From positions 12,219 through 76,218 of the forward strand of contig CAVTTY010000013.1 in NCBI GenBank assembly GCA_963737765.1: a stretch of DNA of 64,000 bases, read 5' to 3'. This DNA comes from an uncultured Acidobacteriota bacterium (GTDB taxonomy: Bacteria; Acidobacteriota; Terriglobia; Acidiferrales; UBA7541). The position numbers and the translations under genes were made by a program. Position 1 is the stretch's first letter. Every line of letters begins with the position of its first letter. Positions 40,340 to 51,284 of this stretch are shown in pieces. The notes under the pieces are model-generated. The model saw only the letters and a program-made list of their open reading frames with translations. It did no database searches and was not told where the DNA came from.

Positions 40340-41246
40340 GTGACGCGCCCCCGCCCGAAAGCACGAACGCGATCGCGCCGCCAACTGGTAATTCTCACCG
40401 GCCTTTCCGGCTCCGGCAAAGGTTCGGTCCTCAATACCTTCGAAGATCTCGGCTTTTACTGCGTGGACAATCTGCCCGTCGCGCTGATTCCCACCTTCAG
40501 CGAACTGTACGTGCGAAGGCGTCGGCGAAATCGAACGCGCGGCATTGCTGGTGGATGCGCGCGAAGGCGAGCAGATCGAAAAGCTGCCGGCGATTTACCG
40601 CAAGCTTTCGCGCGGAGCATCCCGCGACCTTGGTTTTTATCGAAGCGAGCGACGAAGCTCTTGATGCGGCGCTTCAGCGAGACGCGCCGCCCGCATCCGC
40701 TGAGTCACGGCGGGCAGCATCGCGCGAGGGCATCGCGCGCCGAGCGGCACCGCATGGCGCCGATCCGCCGGCATGGCGGACGTGATCATCGACACCACGA
40801 AATTCAAGGTGCACGAGCTGCGCCAGTTCATCATCGACAAGTTTCAGAATCCGGGCAGCCGTCCGTTGCTGGTTTCGGTGGTGAGTTTCGGATTTCGCTA
40901 CGGCATTCCGGCGGACGCGGATCTGGTTTTCGACGTGCGGTTTCTGCCGAATCCGCACTTTGTGCCGAAGCTGCGGCCGTTCAGCGGGAAAGATCCGCAG
41001 CGTCGCGCGGTACATCCGTTCGTTTCCGCAGACCGGGGAATTTCTGCGGCGGATCGAAAGCCTGCTGTCGTATCTGATTCCGCATCTACATTCGCGAAGG
41101 CAAAAGCTATCTGACGGTCGCGCTGGGGTGCACCGGCGGGCGCCATCGTTCGGTGGCGCTGGCCGAAGTGATTCGCCGTAACTTACAGAAGAAAAGGCTA
41201 CTCGGCCAAAGTCGTGCATCGCGACATCGAGAAGAGCGTTTCCTGA
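40340..41246 (+). CDS. rapZ: RNase adapter protein RapZ (P-loop NTPase; frameshifted)
   Basis: [58 protein letters not shown] and [19 protein letters not shown], with the end [10 protein letters not shown]. Confidence 0.85.
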
Positions 41247-41323
41247 TCTGAGCCGGCGTGAACGTCAGCTTGGGGATTCTTAATTTTGGCACTCTGAAAA
41301 TCAAATAGCGCCGGCTGGCTCCC

Positions 41324-43232
41324 ATGACGGCAGAGCGCGAAGAAATCCGCCGCCTGCTGCGCTACCTCGCTCCGTACACCGGCGCTGCTGGCTGCGGGCA
41401 TGCTGCTGATGGCGGTGATGGGCGCTGGCGGACGGCCTCGTGGCTTTCGCCATAGGCCCGCTCTCGATATGGTTCTGAATCCGCAATCCACGGTGCAGAA
41501 GCTGGTTCTGTTTCAAGTTCCTGGTCACAGCCACATCGTTTACATGAATTCATTCGTACCGGCCCGCGTGCATCACGTCTGGTCCGTGTTTGCGCTTGCT
41601 CTGCTTTTTATTTTCCTGGTCAAGGCGGTCGCGGAATATTTCGGCAGCACGCTGATCCAGTACGTCGGCATCTCGGCGGCATCACCGATCTGCGCAATAA
41701 GGTCTACGCGCAAAGTCGTGCAGCAGCCGGTCGGATTTTTCCACGACAACCCGGTCGGACGCGTCATGTCCGCGGTGATCAGCGACATCGAGCAGATGCG
41801 CAGCGCGTTCTCCGACTATCTGGCCGATTTCTTCCGCCAGATTTTCAGCTCGTCGCCTTCGTCGGCGGTGCTGCTGGTGATCGACTGGCGCATGGCTGTG
41901 GGCTCCGTCGGTGCTTGTGCCGCTCGTGGTGCTGCCGGTCGGCAAACTGGCCCGACGCATCCGCCGTTCCACCGAAGAAAAGCCGCGCCCGCCTCGCCGA
42001 CCTGAGCCAGATCCTGCAGGAAACCATCAGCGGCAATCGCGTGGTGAAAGCTTTCGGCATGGAGGGATTCGAGATCCGGAAGTTCCGCGAAGCTTCGCGT
42101 AATCTGCTGCCGCGAAAACATGCGCTGGATTCGTGCGCTGGCCGCCACCTCTCCGATCATGGACATGCTCGGGCGCGTGGTAATCGCCATGATCATGCTG
42201 TTCGCGCGCGGCGAAATCAAAGTCGGCCGCATGACCATCGGCTCTTTCGGCGCCTTCACCTATGCGCTGTTCAAAGCCTACGAGCCGATGAAGCGCATCG
42301 GCAACGATTTACCAGCTTTTCGTGCAGGCGCTGGGAATCTCCGTCACCAAGTATTCGCTTCCTCGATCTGCCGGAGGAGCAAATGGATGCGCCTGGCGCA
42401 AAGGCGCTGCCGCGCTTCTCGCAATCGGTCGAATTCGACGACGTCAACTTTTACGTACGACGATGCGCGAGATTCCCACGCTGAAGGATATCGACCTGAA
42501 AGTCCCGGCGGGCGCGGTGGTGGCGATCGTCGGCTCGAGCGGCGCAGGGAAGACCACGCTGCGTCAATTTGCTTCCGCGCTTTTATTCGCCGACCGCGGG
42601 CGCGGTTGCGCATCGACGGCCTCGATCTGCGCGAAGTGACGCTGCGTTCCCTGCGCGAGCAGATGGCCATCGTCACGCAGGAAACCATCCTCTTCAACGA
42701 CACGATCTGGAACAACCTCTGTTACGGCCGGCCGGACATGCCGAAGAAAAAGTCATCGCCGCGGCGCAAAGCCGCGCTGGCGCACGATTTCATCATGCAG
42801 ATGCCGAAGGGCTACCAGACCGAGATTGGCGATCGCGGCCAGCGCCTTTCCGGCGGCCAGCGCCAGCGCCTCGCCATCGCGCGCGCGCTGCTGAAGGACG
42901 CGCCGATCCTGATCCTCGACGAAGCGACCTCCGAGCTCGACTCCGAATCCGAAATGCTGGTGCAGGGCGCGCTGAACAACTTGATGACCGGCCGCACCGT
43001 TTTCGTCATCGCGCACCGCCTCTCGACCATTCGCCGCGCCGACTTGATTGCCGTGCTGGAAGGGGGCACAATTCGCGAGCGCGGAACGCACGATGAATTG
43101 CTGGCGCGCCGCGGACTCTACGCGCGGCTGTACGAAATGCAATTCCGCGATGCCGAACCGGCCGCCGCAGCTGTCGGCAGGTCTCGTGTGACCATGTCCG
43201 ACGCACGCGGATCCACAATCCGCCGCACGTGA
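41324..43232 (+). CDS. ABC transporter permease/ATPase, MsbA (lipid A exporter)-like (frameshifted)
   Basis: N-terminal six-TM exporter domain (FFHDNPVGRVMSAVISDIEQ). C-terminal NBD with LSGGQRQRLAIARALLKDAPILILDEATSELD and VFVIAHRLSTIRRADLI. Walker A GSSGAGKTT is in the 42322 frame. Confidence 0.85.
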
Positions 43233-43281
43233 CGACTGCCACCGAAGCCGCCTCGTCGAATCCACGCGCGCTTCGAAGTCG

Positions 43282-44178
43282 ATGACCGGCTACGCCGCAG
43301 GCGCGCACCGTCGAAAATGGCTGGAACCTGCGCATCACGATTCGCAGCGTGAATCACCGCTTCCTCGATTTGCATCTGCGCATGCCGGAAGGTTTCGAGC
43401 CGGTCGAGCCGCGCATCCGCCAGATCGTGCGCGAGCGCGTGCGGCGCGGCCATCTCGATGTGACGTTTACATTACGAACTGGCCGGCCCCGCGGCCGTCG
43501 GCGTGAATGAAGAAGTCGCCGCTGCATATCTGACAGCCGTAAATGCGCTGCGCAAACAATTCTGGATTCAAGACCGAGCCGGATCTCGCCGCGATTCTTG
43601 CGGCTGCCGGGAGTCGATCGGCGCCGCAGCCGGATCGCCTGGATCGAGGGCAATATCGAACGCATCGAAGCCGTGGTGGTCGCGTGCCTCGACGAAGCGC
43701 TCGACCAAGCTTGACCGCATGCGCGCGACCGAAGGCGGCATCTGCGCGAAGAAATGTCCGCGCGACTTCGCAACATCACCGCGCTGACCGCGAGCGCGTC
43801 AACGCTCGCCGACCGCGCGCGGCCCGCGTTTGCGCGAAGCGCCTCGAAGCGCGGCTGCAAGAATTGCTGGGCGAAGCGCCAATCGATCCCACGCGCCTGG
43901 CGCAGGAAGCCGCGATCGCCGCCGAACGCAGCGATGTGTCCGAGGAACTGGCGCGGCTGCGCAGCCACGTGCAACAATTCGACGTCACTGCTTGCCGGGC
44001 GGTCCGACGTCGGGCAAGAAACTCGATTTCCTGCTGCAGGAAATGCAGCGCGAAGTCGAACACGCTGCTGTCGAAAACTCCGGGGAACGAAGCGGAAGGA
44101 CTCGAGATCACCCGGCTCGGCCTGGAAATCAAATCGGAAATCGAAAAATTGCGCGAACAGGTGCAGAACATCGAATGA
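43282..44178 (+). CDS. yicC: YicC-family stress-induced protein (frameshifted)
   Basis: SMTGYA...RSVNHRFLDLHLRMPE N-terminal YicC motif. C-terminal DVSEELARLRSH...QEMQREVNTLLSK-like segment and EIKSEIEKLREQVQNIE*. Confidence 0.8.
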
Positions 44179-44801
44179 GCGACGTCGGAGCCGCTGGTGC
44201 TGATCGTTTCCGGCCCCTCGGGCTCCGGAAAATCCACGCTGGTGGAGAAGATGCTGGAGCTGCCCGGCACGCATGTTATCTGTTTCGTGCACAACTCGGT
44301 CCCCGCGCAAGACGGAGAGCGACGGCAAATGGTACAATTTCGTCTCCGAGAGCCGAATTCCAGCAGATGGTGGAGCGCGGCGAGTTTCTGGAATACGCGC
44401 AGGTGTTCGGCAAGAACTGGTACGGCACGCCGAGGAAGTGGCTGGACGCAGCGCGCAGCAAAGGGCATCGATCTGGTTCTGGAAATTGACGTGCAGGGCG
44501 CTTTGCAGGTGCGGCGCAAGCTGCCCGGTTCGGTGGCGATTTTTGTTCTGCCTCCGTCGCGCGCAGGATCTCGAAAAACGCATTCGCGCTCGCGGCCAGG
44601 ATTCGGACGACGAGATTCACCGCCGCCTGGATCGGGCGCGGGAGGAAATGCTGAGCTACAGCAGTTACGATTTTGCGGTGATCAACGACGATCTCGAACG
44701 CGCAGGCCGGGAAATGCAGGCCATCGCGCTGGGCTCGCGCTGCCGGGTGGCGCGCAACGAAGACGCGAATTCGCGAAATTCTGAAGTCTTTTGGAGGCTG
44801 A
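44175..44801 (+). CDS. gmk: Guanylate kinase (frameshifted)
   Basis: ATGA overlap with the yicC stop. LIVSGPSGSGKSTL (P-loop), SVSCTTRSPRKTESDGKWYNFVS, FLEYAQVFGKNWYGT, IDLVLEIDVQGA and DDEIHRRLDRAREEM are found in alternating frames. Confidence 0.85.
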
Positions 44802-45070
44802 TGTTCGACATGGCGCATCTCAAGAGATGCACCCGAGAGCCAGTTTGCATATGTCGTCGTGGTCGCGCGCCGCGCACGCCAGTTGTTGATTGGCGGCCGG
44901 CCGATGGTCGACAATCCGCAGATCGCGCAAAACCACGCGCATCGCCGAAGAAGAACTGCAGAGCGGGCTGCTCGAATACGAAGCGCCGCATCTCGAAGCG
45001 AGCAGGCGGAAGACAAGGACGGTAAGAAGCGCGAAGGTCGTAAGTCCGCCGCTCGAGAGCTTCGACATGA
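44801..45070 (+). CDS. rpoZ: DNA-directed RNA polymerase subunit omega (frameshifted; end inferred)
   Basis: SQFAYVVVVARRARQLLIGGRPMVDNP, then RSRKTTRIAEEELQSGLLEYE in another frame. Position between gmk and coaBC. The proposed stop forms an ATGA overlap with the coaBC start. Confidence 0.6.
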
Positions 45071-46284
45071 TGCGATCGCACTGGGTGTCACCGGAGGAGT
45101 GGCGGCATACAAGGCCGCGGAGCTGGTGCGCCGCCTGCAGCAGGAAAAACTGGACGTGCAGGTCGTGATGACGCGCGCGCGCCCAGGAATTCATCACCCC
45201 GCTTACTTTCGCCGCCCTCACCGGACAAAAAGTAATCACCGAAATTTTTGCGCGCTGGCGAAGCGCGCCGGCCAACGTCGAAAGCGCCATCGAGCATATC
45301 GCCGTGGCGCAGCGCATCGATCTGCTGCTGGTCGCGCCGGCCACTGCCGACAGTCTGGCAAAATTCGCGCACGGCATCGCCGAGGATTTTCTCTCCACTC
45401 TGTATCTGGCCACGAAAGCTCCCGTCGTTGTCGCTCCCGCGATGAACGTGAACATGTGGGAGCACCCCGCGACGCAGGAAAATCTGGCGACGCTGCGCGC
45501 GCGCGGCGTGCACGTGGTCGACTCCGGATGAAGGCTATCTCGCGTGCGGCATGGTGGGCGCGGGGCGGCTGGCCGCGACCGAAGCCATCGCGTCGAAAGT
45601 TTGCGAAGTGCTGGGCTTGCGCCACGATCTCGACGGGCAGACCGTTCTGATCACCGCCGGGCCCACTTGCGAAGACATCGATCCGGTGCGCTTCCTCACC
45701 AATCGCTCGTCGGGAAAAATGGGTTATGCGCTGGCCGAAGCGGCGCAGCGGCGCGGCGCGCGCGTGATTCTGGTCAGCGGTCCCACGGATCTGAAAGTTC
45801 CGGATGGCGTGGATTGGGTTCCGGTGCGCACCACCGAGCAGATGCATCGGGCCGTGCGCGAACGCGCGGCGGAAGCGAACATCGTGGTGATGGCTGCGGC
45901 CGTTGCCGATTACCGGCCCGCGGCGCCGCACGAACAAAAAATGAAGCGCGGCGATGGCGGCTTGACACTCAACTCTGAGCCAACTCCCGACATTCTGGCG
46001 GAACTCGGGCACGCGAGAAGGGCAACCGCGTGCTTATCGGATTCGCGGCGGAAACCGAACAACGTGGCGGAGAATGCGCGCGGCAAGCTCGAGCGCAAGA
46101 TCCGCCGACATGATCGTCGCCAATGACGTGACCCAGGAAGGCGCGGGCTTCGACACCGATACCAATATCGTGACTATGTACCTGCCGCGATGCGCCGGAA
46201 ATTTCCCTCCCCAAGATGAACAAGTTCGAAGTGGCCAACCGCATTTTCGATCAGGCACTTTCAATTCGCAAAAATTCCAAGTAG
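45067..46284 (+). CDS. coaBC: Bifunctional phosphopantothenoylcysteine decarboxylase / phosphopantothenate-cysteine ligase CoaBC (frameshifted)
   Basis: IALGVTGGVAAYKAAELVRRL, DLLLVAPATADSLAKFAHGIAEDFLSTLYLA, PAMNVNMWEHPATQENL, ITAGPTCEDIDPVRFLTNRSSGKMGYALAEAA and VMAAAVADYRP, with the tail FEVANRIFDQALSIRKNSK*. Confidence 0.85.
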
Positions 46285-46305
46285 ATTCTTTGCGGGAGAT
46301 TCCAG

Positions 46306-47151
46306 ATGGAACCGGCGAAACCCGCACGGGTGGAGACGCGCATTCGCACGCAGGTGCGAGACTGGCTGCAGTATGGCGAGGAACTCGGCCTGGGCCCGTA
46401 CTATCGCGACCGCCCGCGATGGCGACGGCTGTTGCCGCGAGTAATTCCGAACTGGCTCTAGAAATTTCCACCGAGGCGGACCAAACAACCGAAATGGCAT
46501 CCAGAAAAATTCTGAAAGAGTCCGCCGCTGCGCTTATTTCGCCGGTCCATGCGGAAACGCTGTTTGGCGAGAAGCGCATCGAAGGCGACACACTTCCGCT
46601 GATTCGCGAATTCATCGGCGATTGCACGCGCTGCAAATTGTCCAAGGGCCGAACCAAGATCGTCTTTGGCGCGGGAAGTCCGAAGGCGCGAGTTGATGTT
46701 CGTAGGCGAAGGGCCGGGCCGCGACGAAGATTTGAGCGGCGAGCCGTTCGTGGGCCGCGCCGGGAAATTGCTGACCGACATGATCAAGGCCATGGGTTTG
46801 CAGCGCGAAGACGTTTACATCGCCAACATCGTGAAGTGCCGGCCGCCGGAAAACCGCCAGCCGGAACACGACGAGGTGGAAGCCTGCTCGCCATTTTTGA
46901 TGCGGCAGATCGATGTGATCCGGCCGAAGGTCATCTGCACTCTGGGGAATACTCCCACGCAAACGCTGTTGCAAACCACGCAGGGCATTTCCAAATTTCG
47001 CGGGCAGTGGTTTGATTTTCGAAGTACCAGACTGTTGCCGACCTACCATCCCGCGTACTTGCTGCGCAATCCGGCCGCCAAAGCGGACGTCTGGAAAGAT
47101 CTGCAAAAAGTGATGGCCGTGCTTGGGCTGCAGGCGCCTAAGAAACGTTAG
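46306..47151 (+). CDS. udg: Family-4 uracil-DNA glycosylase (frameshifted in the N-terminal extension)
   Basis: CTRCKLSKGRTKIVFG, MFVGEGPGRDEDLSGEPFVGRAGKLL, YIANIVKCRPPENRQP and LPTYHPAYLLRNP. Confidence 0.8.
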
Positions 47152-47159
47152 CCCTGAGT

Positions 47160-48059
47160 GTGATGCATCCCTCCTCCGGAGTTGTTCTCGGATTAGCCAG
47201 TGCCTGGTGTTGGGGCAGTGCGGATTTTGCGGCGCGATTTACTTCGCGTCGGGTCGGCGCCTACCGCGCGCTTTTCTTCATGCAGTTCTTCGGATTTATT
47301 CTTCTTGGCGTCTATCTGAAGTGGTCCGGCGGATTTTCGCGTGGCGTGGCGCCGGGCTGGCAGCCTTGGGCGTTGGCGGCCTCGGCGGGATTGCTGAATG
47401 TGGCGGCATCGCTGGCGCTTTATCATTCGTTTGAAGTAGGCACGCTGAGTATCGTGGGGCCGGTCTCATCGTCGTATCCGGCGCTGACTGTGGCGCTGTC
47501 GCTGTTCAGCGGCGAGCGCATTCACCTGCAGCAGGGAATTGGATTGGCAGTTACGCTGGCTGGCGTGATTTTGGCGTCAACTTCGTTTGCGGTTTTAAGA
47601 GCGAAGACAAATGAGGCGGGTGCTATCGAGTCCGCGCATTTGTCCAAGGGTGTGGGCTGGGCGATTGCGGCCGCGCTCGGATTTGGCGTGATGTTCTGGT
47701 TTCTGGGTTATCACGTCTTGCCGGTGGTGGCCGCGCCGGTTTCGGTTTGGGTGATGCGGCTGACATCCATTGTCGCACTGGGACTGGTGGCGCTACCGGC
47801 GCGGCAGAGTCTGAAACTTCCGAGTGGGTTGGTGTGGTGGGGACTTTTCGCCGCGGGGATTCTGGATACCAGCGCGTTTCTGGCGAATAACGCGGGCTTG
47901 CAGTTGGGCCAGGTTTCGGTGGTGAGCGTGTTGTCGTCGCTGTATGGCGCGGTAACCGTTCTGCTGGCGTGGATATTTCTGCGCGAGCGTTTGGAGATCA
48001 GCCAGTGGTGTGGCATCGCGATGATTTTTGCGGGGATTGTGCTAGTCAGCTGTATTTAA
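47160..48059 (+). CDS. EamA/DMT-family transporter
   Basis: Intact 299-aa ORF with ten predicted TM helices and two EamA-like halves. Confidence 0.8.
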   Translation: MMHPSSGVVLGLASAWCWGSADFAARFTSRRVGAYRALFFMQFFGFILLGVYLKWSGGFSRGVAPGWQPWALAASAGLLNVAASLALYHSFEVGTLSIVGPVSSSYPALTVALSLFSGERIHLQQGIGLAVTLAGVILASTSFAVLRAKTNEAGAIESAHLSKGVGWAIAAALGFGVMFWFLGYHVLPVVAAPVSVWVMRLTSIVALGLVALPARQSLKLPSGLVWWGLFAAGILDTSAFLANNAGLQLGQVSVVSVLSSLYGAVTVLLAWIFLRERLEISQWCGIAMIFAGIVLVSCI

Positions 48060-48817
48060 TCCACGCGGTAGCAAGAATTTATAATGATGCTGCAGTGAGC
48101 GTCGGAATACTTCAACCGCTCGTGCTGACTTCGCAAGACGTCGCTGACATCGACGAAAAGATAAAACTCTCCGGTCTCAGATACGCGCGGAATCAGGCAC
48201 GCTCTGCGGCATCCGGCAGTTTTGGAGATAGCCCAAGACGCTCGCCTCAGTTGCCTCGTGGAAGAAATTCTTGGCCCAGGAAGCGTCTCCTATTCATAGC
48301 GACACTTCGACAAATCCGCCATTTCAACGCGGGTGGAGTGGCACTAGACACGGCACTGCCGCCTGCGGAGCGCCGGAGAAGTTGCTGGTTGGGGACCCTG
48401 GTCGTTCAAGGAGCGAGTGAATTATGCGCAGTTACTGGCTCGGCGTGCTCGCCGGTGTGGTGGCGCCGCGATTGCATCTCGAGACGGTCGATCGCGGTAA
48501 ATGATCATTGGTTCGACGTTCTGCCCGGAACACATAATCTGGCGCGTCCTGATGGCCAAGCCATCATTGAACTCGAAGAGTGTTCGAAGCGCGCCGGTCG
48601 ATGCTGGTAATTGCTCGTGGCGGAATTCTGGCGATTGCGATTTCCGTGGTTCACGCGTCGTCCAAGTCAAAATTGCCAAATTACTGCCGACGAGTTCTGC
48701 ACATCGAATATGCGGCCTCGGTGCACTTGGTAAGATGGTTCGAACTCGCCATAAGTTGAAACACATCTATGCTCGAATGATGCCTCTCATGATGCGCTGT
48801 TACACTATTGACCTGCG

Positions 48818-51262
48818 ATGACTCAACGATATTGTGAAGTGGCGCTGCCCGTGCCGCTGCGTTCGGTATTTACGTACGCGGTGCCGGAAGCGCTGGACGG
48901 CGAAGAGTTGGTAGGGCGGCGGGTGCTGGTGCCGTTTCGCAACCGGCCGATGGTGGGCGTGGTGCTGGCGGTGACCGACCAGGCGCCGGACGTAAAACGC
49001 GTGAGGCAGATTGCGGGAGTGTTGGATCCCGTTCCGGCGTTGCCCGCGAAGCTGATCGAATTGGGACACTGGATCAGCCGGTATTACCTGGCGCCGGTGG
49101 GCGAGGCGTTTCGCGCCATGCTCCCGCCGGAAATTGAATTGCGGCACGATCGTGAATACTGGCTTACCGCAACTGGACGCGCCTACCTGGAAGACCTCAG
49201 CGGTAACAGCGAAAAAACCGATGTGGAGCGGGCCGAGCTGGAATTTCTATGTAATTTCCGCGACGCCGAGTCCGGCGAAAAGGCGATTCCTTCTGCGCGA
49301 GTAAAACGGCTGGAGGGCGGGGAAGCGGCGGCGGAAAAGTTGGTGCGTCTCGGATACTTGAGCGCGCGGGAGATGGCGCGGCGGCGCAAGACGCGCCTGC
49401 AGAAAATTGTGGCGTGGAACGTGGCCGCGGGAGAAACGGCGGAAAATGCCGCCGAAGAAAAAATCCGCGAGGTGTTGACGGCGACTCGGGGGCCGATGCC
49501 TTGGAACCTGCTGATCGAGCAGGCGGGAGTTTCGCGCACCGTGTTGCAGCGGCTGGAAAAGAGCGGACGGCTGCAGACGTGGGAAGAGCCGATCGTCGCG
49601 GAGGAAGATCCGTGGGACACGGATTTCACTCCCCCGGCGAACGTGCTGAACGCCGAGCAGAAAACGGCGCTGGAGGAAATCTGGCGCTGGCTGGTGGCGG
49701 GGAAATTCGAAGCGGCTCTGCTGCATGGCGTAACCGGAAGCGGCAAGACGGAAGTGTATCTGGGTGCGATTGAGGCGGCGCTGTCGCGCGGGAAGACGGC
49801 GATTGTGCTGGTGCCGGAAATCGCGTTGACGCTGTGGGTCGGACGGCTGGTGCGCGCGCGATTTGGCGAGACCGTAGCAGTGCTGCACAGCGGGTTGCCC
49901 GATACGGAGCGCGCACGCGAATGGTGGCGGGTGCGCCGTGGCGAAGCAAAAATCGTGGTGGGCACGCGCTCCGCCGTTTTTGCGCCACTCGAGAATCTGG
50001 GCCTGATTATCGTCGACGAAGAGCAGGAGACCAGCTACAAGCAGGAAGAAACGCCGCGCTACCACGGCCGGGATACGGCGGTGTATCGCGCGCGGTTGGA
50101 AGGTGCGGTGGCGCTGCTGGGCTCGGCGACGCCGTCGCTCGAGACGTATCACAATGCGCGCGCCGAAAAATATCATTTGCTGGAACTGACTTCCCGGGTG
50201 GCCAACCGGCCGCTGGCGGAGGTGCGCGTGGTTGATTTGCGCGAAGAATTCAAGCGCGCGCATAAGGCCGGGCCGGTTTCGGAATCGTTGCGGGCGGCGA
50301 TCGCGTTGCGGCTGGAAGAAAAAACGCAGGCGATGGTGCTGATCAACCGCCGGGGATATTCATGGTCGTCGCTGTGCCGGAGTTGCGGCGCGTTTGTGCA
50401 GTGCGTGAATTGCAGCATTGCGCTGACCTATCACAAAAACCGGCAGCGGCTGGAGTGCCATTATTGCGGGTATGCGATCAAACCGTCGAAGCAGTGCACT
50501 AAGTGCAAAGCCGAATATATGTATTTCGTCGGCGACGGCGCCGAGCGGGTGGAAGAATATCTGCGCGAGACATTCGCGAAGGCGCGCATCGCGCGGCTGG
50601 ACCGCGACACGGTACGCACTAAAAAGGAATTCCAAAAAGTACTGGGCAGTTTTGCGAGTGGCGAAGTAGATGTGCTGGTGGGCACGCAGATGGTGGCCAA
50701 GGGCCACGATTTTCAGCGGGTGACGCTGGTGGGCGTGGTGGCGGCCGATCTGGCGCTGGGACGTCCGGATTTTCGCGCGGCGGAGAAAACTTTTCAGCTG
50801 CTCACGCAGGTAGCGGGGCGCGCGGGGCGGGGCGAACTTTCCGGCGAGGTGCTGGTCGAGACGCACTATCCGGAGCATTATGCGATCCAGCATGCCGCGA
50901 AGCAGGATTATCTTTCGTTCTTCGAGAAGGAGGCGCATTTCCGGCGGATGCTGCACTACCCACCGTTCACGGCGCTGGCCAGCATTCTGGTGCGCGACCG
51001 CAAAATCGAAAACGCGATCCGCTGGTCGCGGGCGCTGGGCGAATATTTTGCGCCCTTCGAGAAAAGTGGCGTGAAGGTGCTGGGGCCGGCGGCGGCGCCG
51101 CTCGCGCGGCTGAAGAAGGAATACCGGTTTCAATTTTTGCTGAAATCGCCCCAACGATCGGCGCTTTCACGGGCGCTTAGCGGCGCGCTGGATTTTTGCG
51201 AGGCGAAGGAAATCCCGGAAACCGCGGTGATCGTGGATGTCGATCCGGCCAGCTTGTTCTAG
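48818..51262 (+). CDS. priA: Primosomal replication-restart helicase PriA
   Basis: Intact 814-aa ORF. YCEVALPVPLRSVFTY, GVTGSGKTEVY (Walker A), IIVDEEQE (DEAH-like), Cys-rich zinc region CRSCGAFVQCVNCSIALTYH...LECHYCG, and LVGTQMVAKGHDF. Confidence 0.95.
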   Translation: MTQRYCEVALPVPLRSVFTYAVPEALDGEELVGRRVLVPFRNRPMVGVVLAVTDQAPDVKRVRQIAGVLDPVPALPAKLIELGHWISRYYLAPVGEAFRAMLPPEIELRHDREYWLTATGRAYLEDLSGNSEKTDVERAELEFLCNFRDAESGEKAIPSARVKRLEGGEAAAEKLVRLGYLSAREMARRRKTRLQKIVAWNVAAGETAENAAEEKIREVLTATRGPMPWNLLIEQAGVSRTVLQRLEKSGRLQTWEEPIVAEEDPWDTDFTPPANVLNAEQKTALEEIWRWLVAGKFEAALLHGVTGSGKTEVYLGAIEAALSRGKTAIVLVPEIALTLWVGRLVRARFGETVAVLHSGLPDTERAREWWRVRRGEAKIVVGTRSAVFAPLENLGLIIVDEEQETSYKQEETPRYHGRDTAVYRARLEGAVALLGSATPSLETYHNARAEKYHLLELTSRVANRPLAEVRVVDLREEFKRAHKAGPVSESLRAAIALRLEEKTQAMVLINRRGYSWSSLCRSCGAFVQCVNCSIALTYHKNRQRLECHYCGYAIKPSKQCTKCKAEYMYFVGDGAERVEEYLRETFAKARIARLDRDTVRTKKEFQKVLGSFASGEVDVLVGTQMVAKGHDFQRVTLVGVVAADLALGRPDFRAAEKTFQLLTQVAGRAGRGELSGEVLVETHYPEHYAIQHAAKQDYLSFFEKEAHFRRMLHYPPFTALASILVRDRKIENAIRWSRALGEYFAPFEKSGVKVLGPAAAPLARLKKEYRFQFLLKSPQRSALSRALSGALDFCEAKEIPETAVIVDVDPASLF

Positions 51263-51284
51263 CCAGGCCAGCGAGACGCGCCTG

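Noticed and set aside
600-47151. Interpreting the frame changes or in-frame stops as programmed ribosomal frameshifting, selenocysteine recoding or genuine pseudogenes
   Set aside because: There are too many, in too many unrelated essential genes. I saw no slippery heptamer or pseudoknot pattern and no SECIS-like context. The shifts often compensate within 70-150 nt. Sequence error is the simpler explanation, but I cannot prove it without reads.
48424-48504. Small ORF MRSYWLGVLAGV... with a strong SD, considered as the start of a frameshifted EVE-domain (or other) gene
   Set aside because: Downstream frames do not continue with any recognisable EVE or PUA-like motifs. 26 codons alone are not sufficient for a CDS call.
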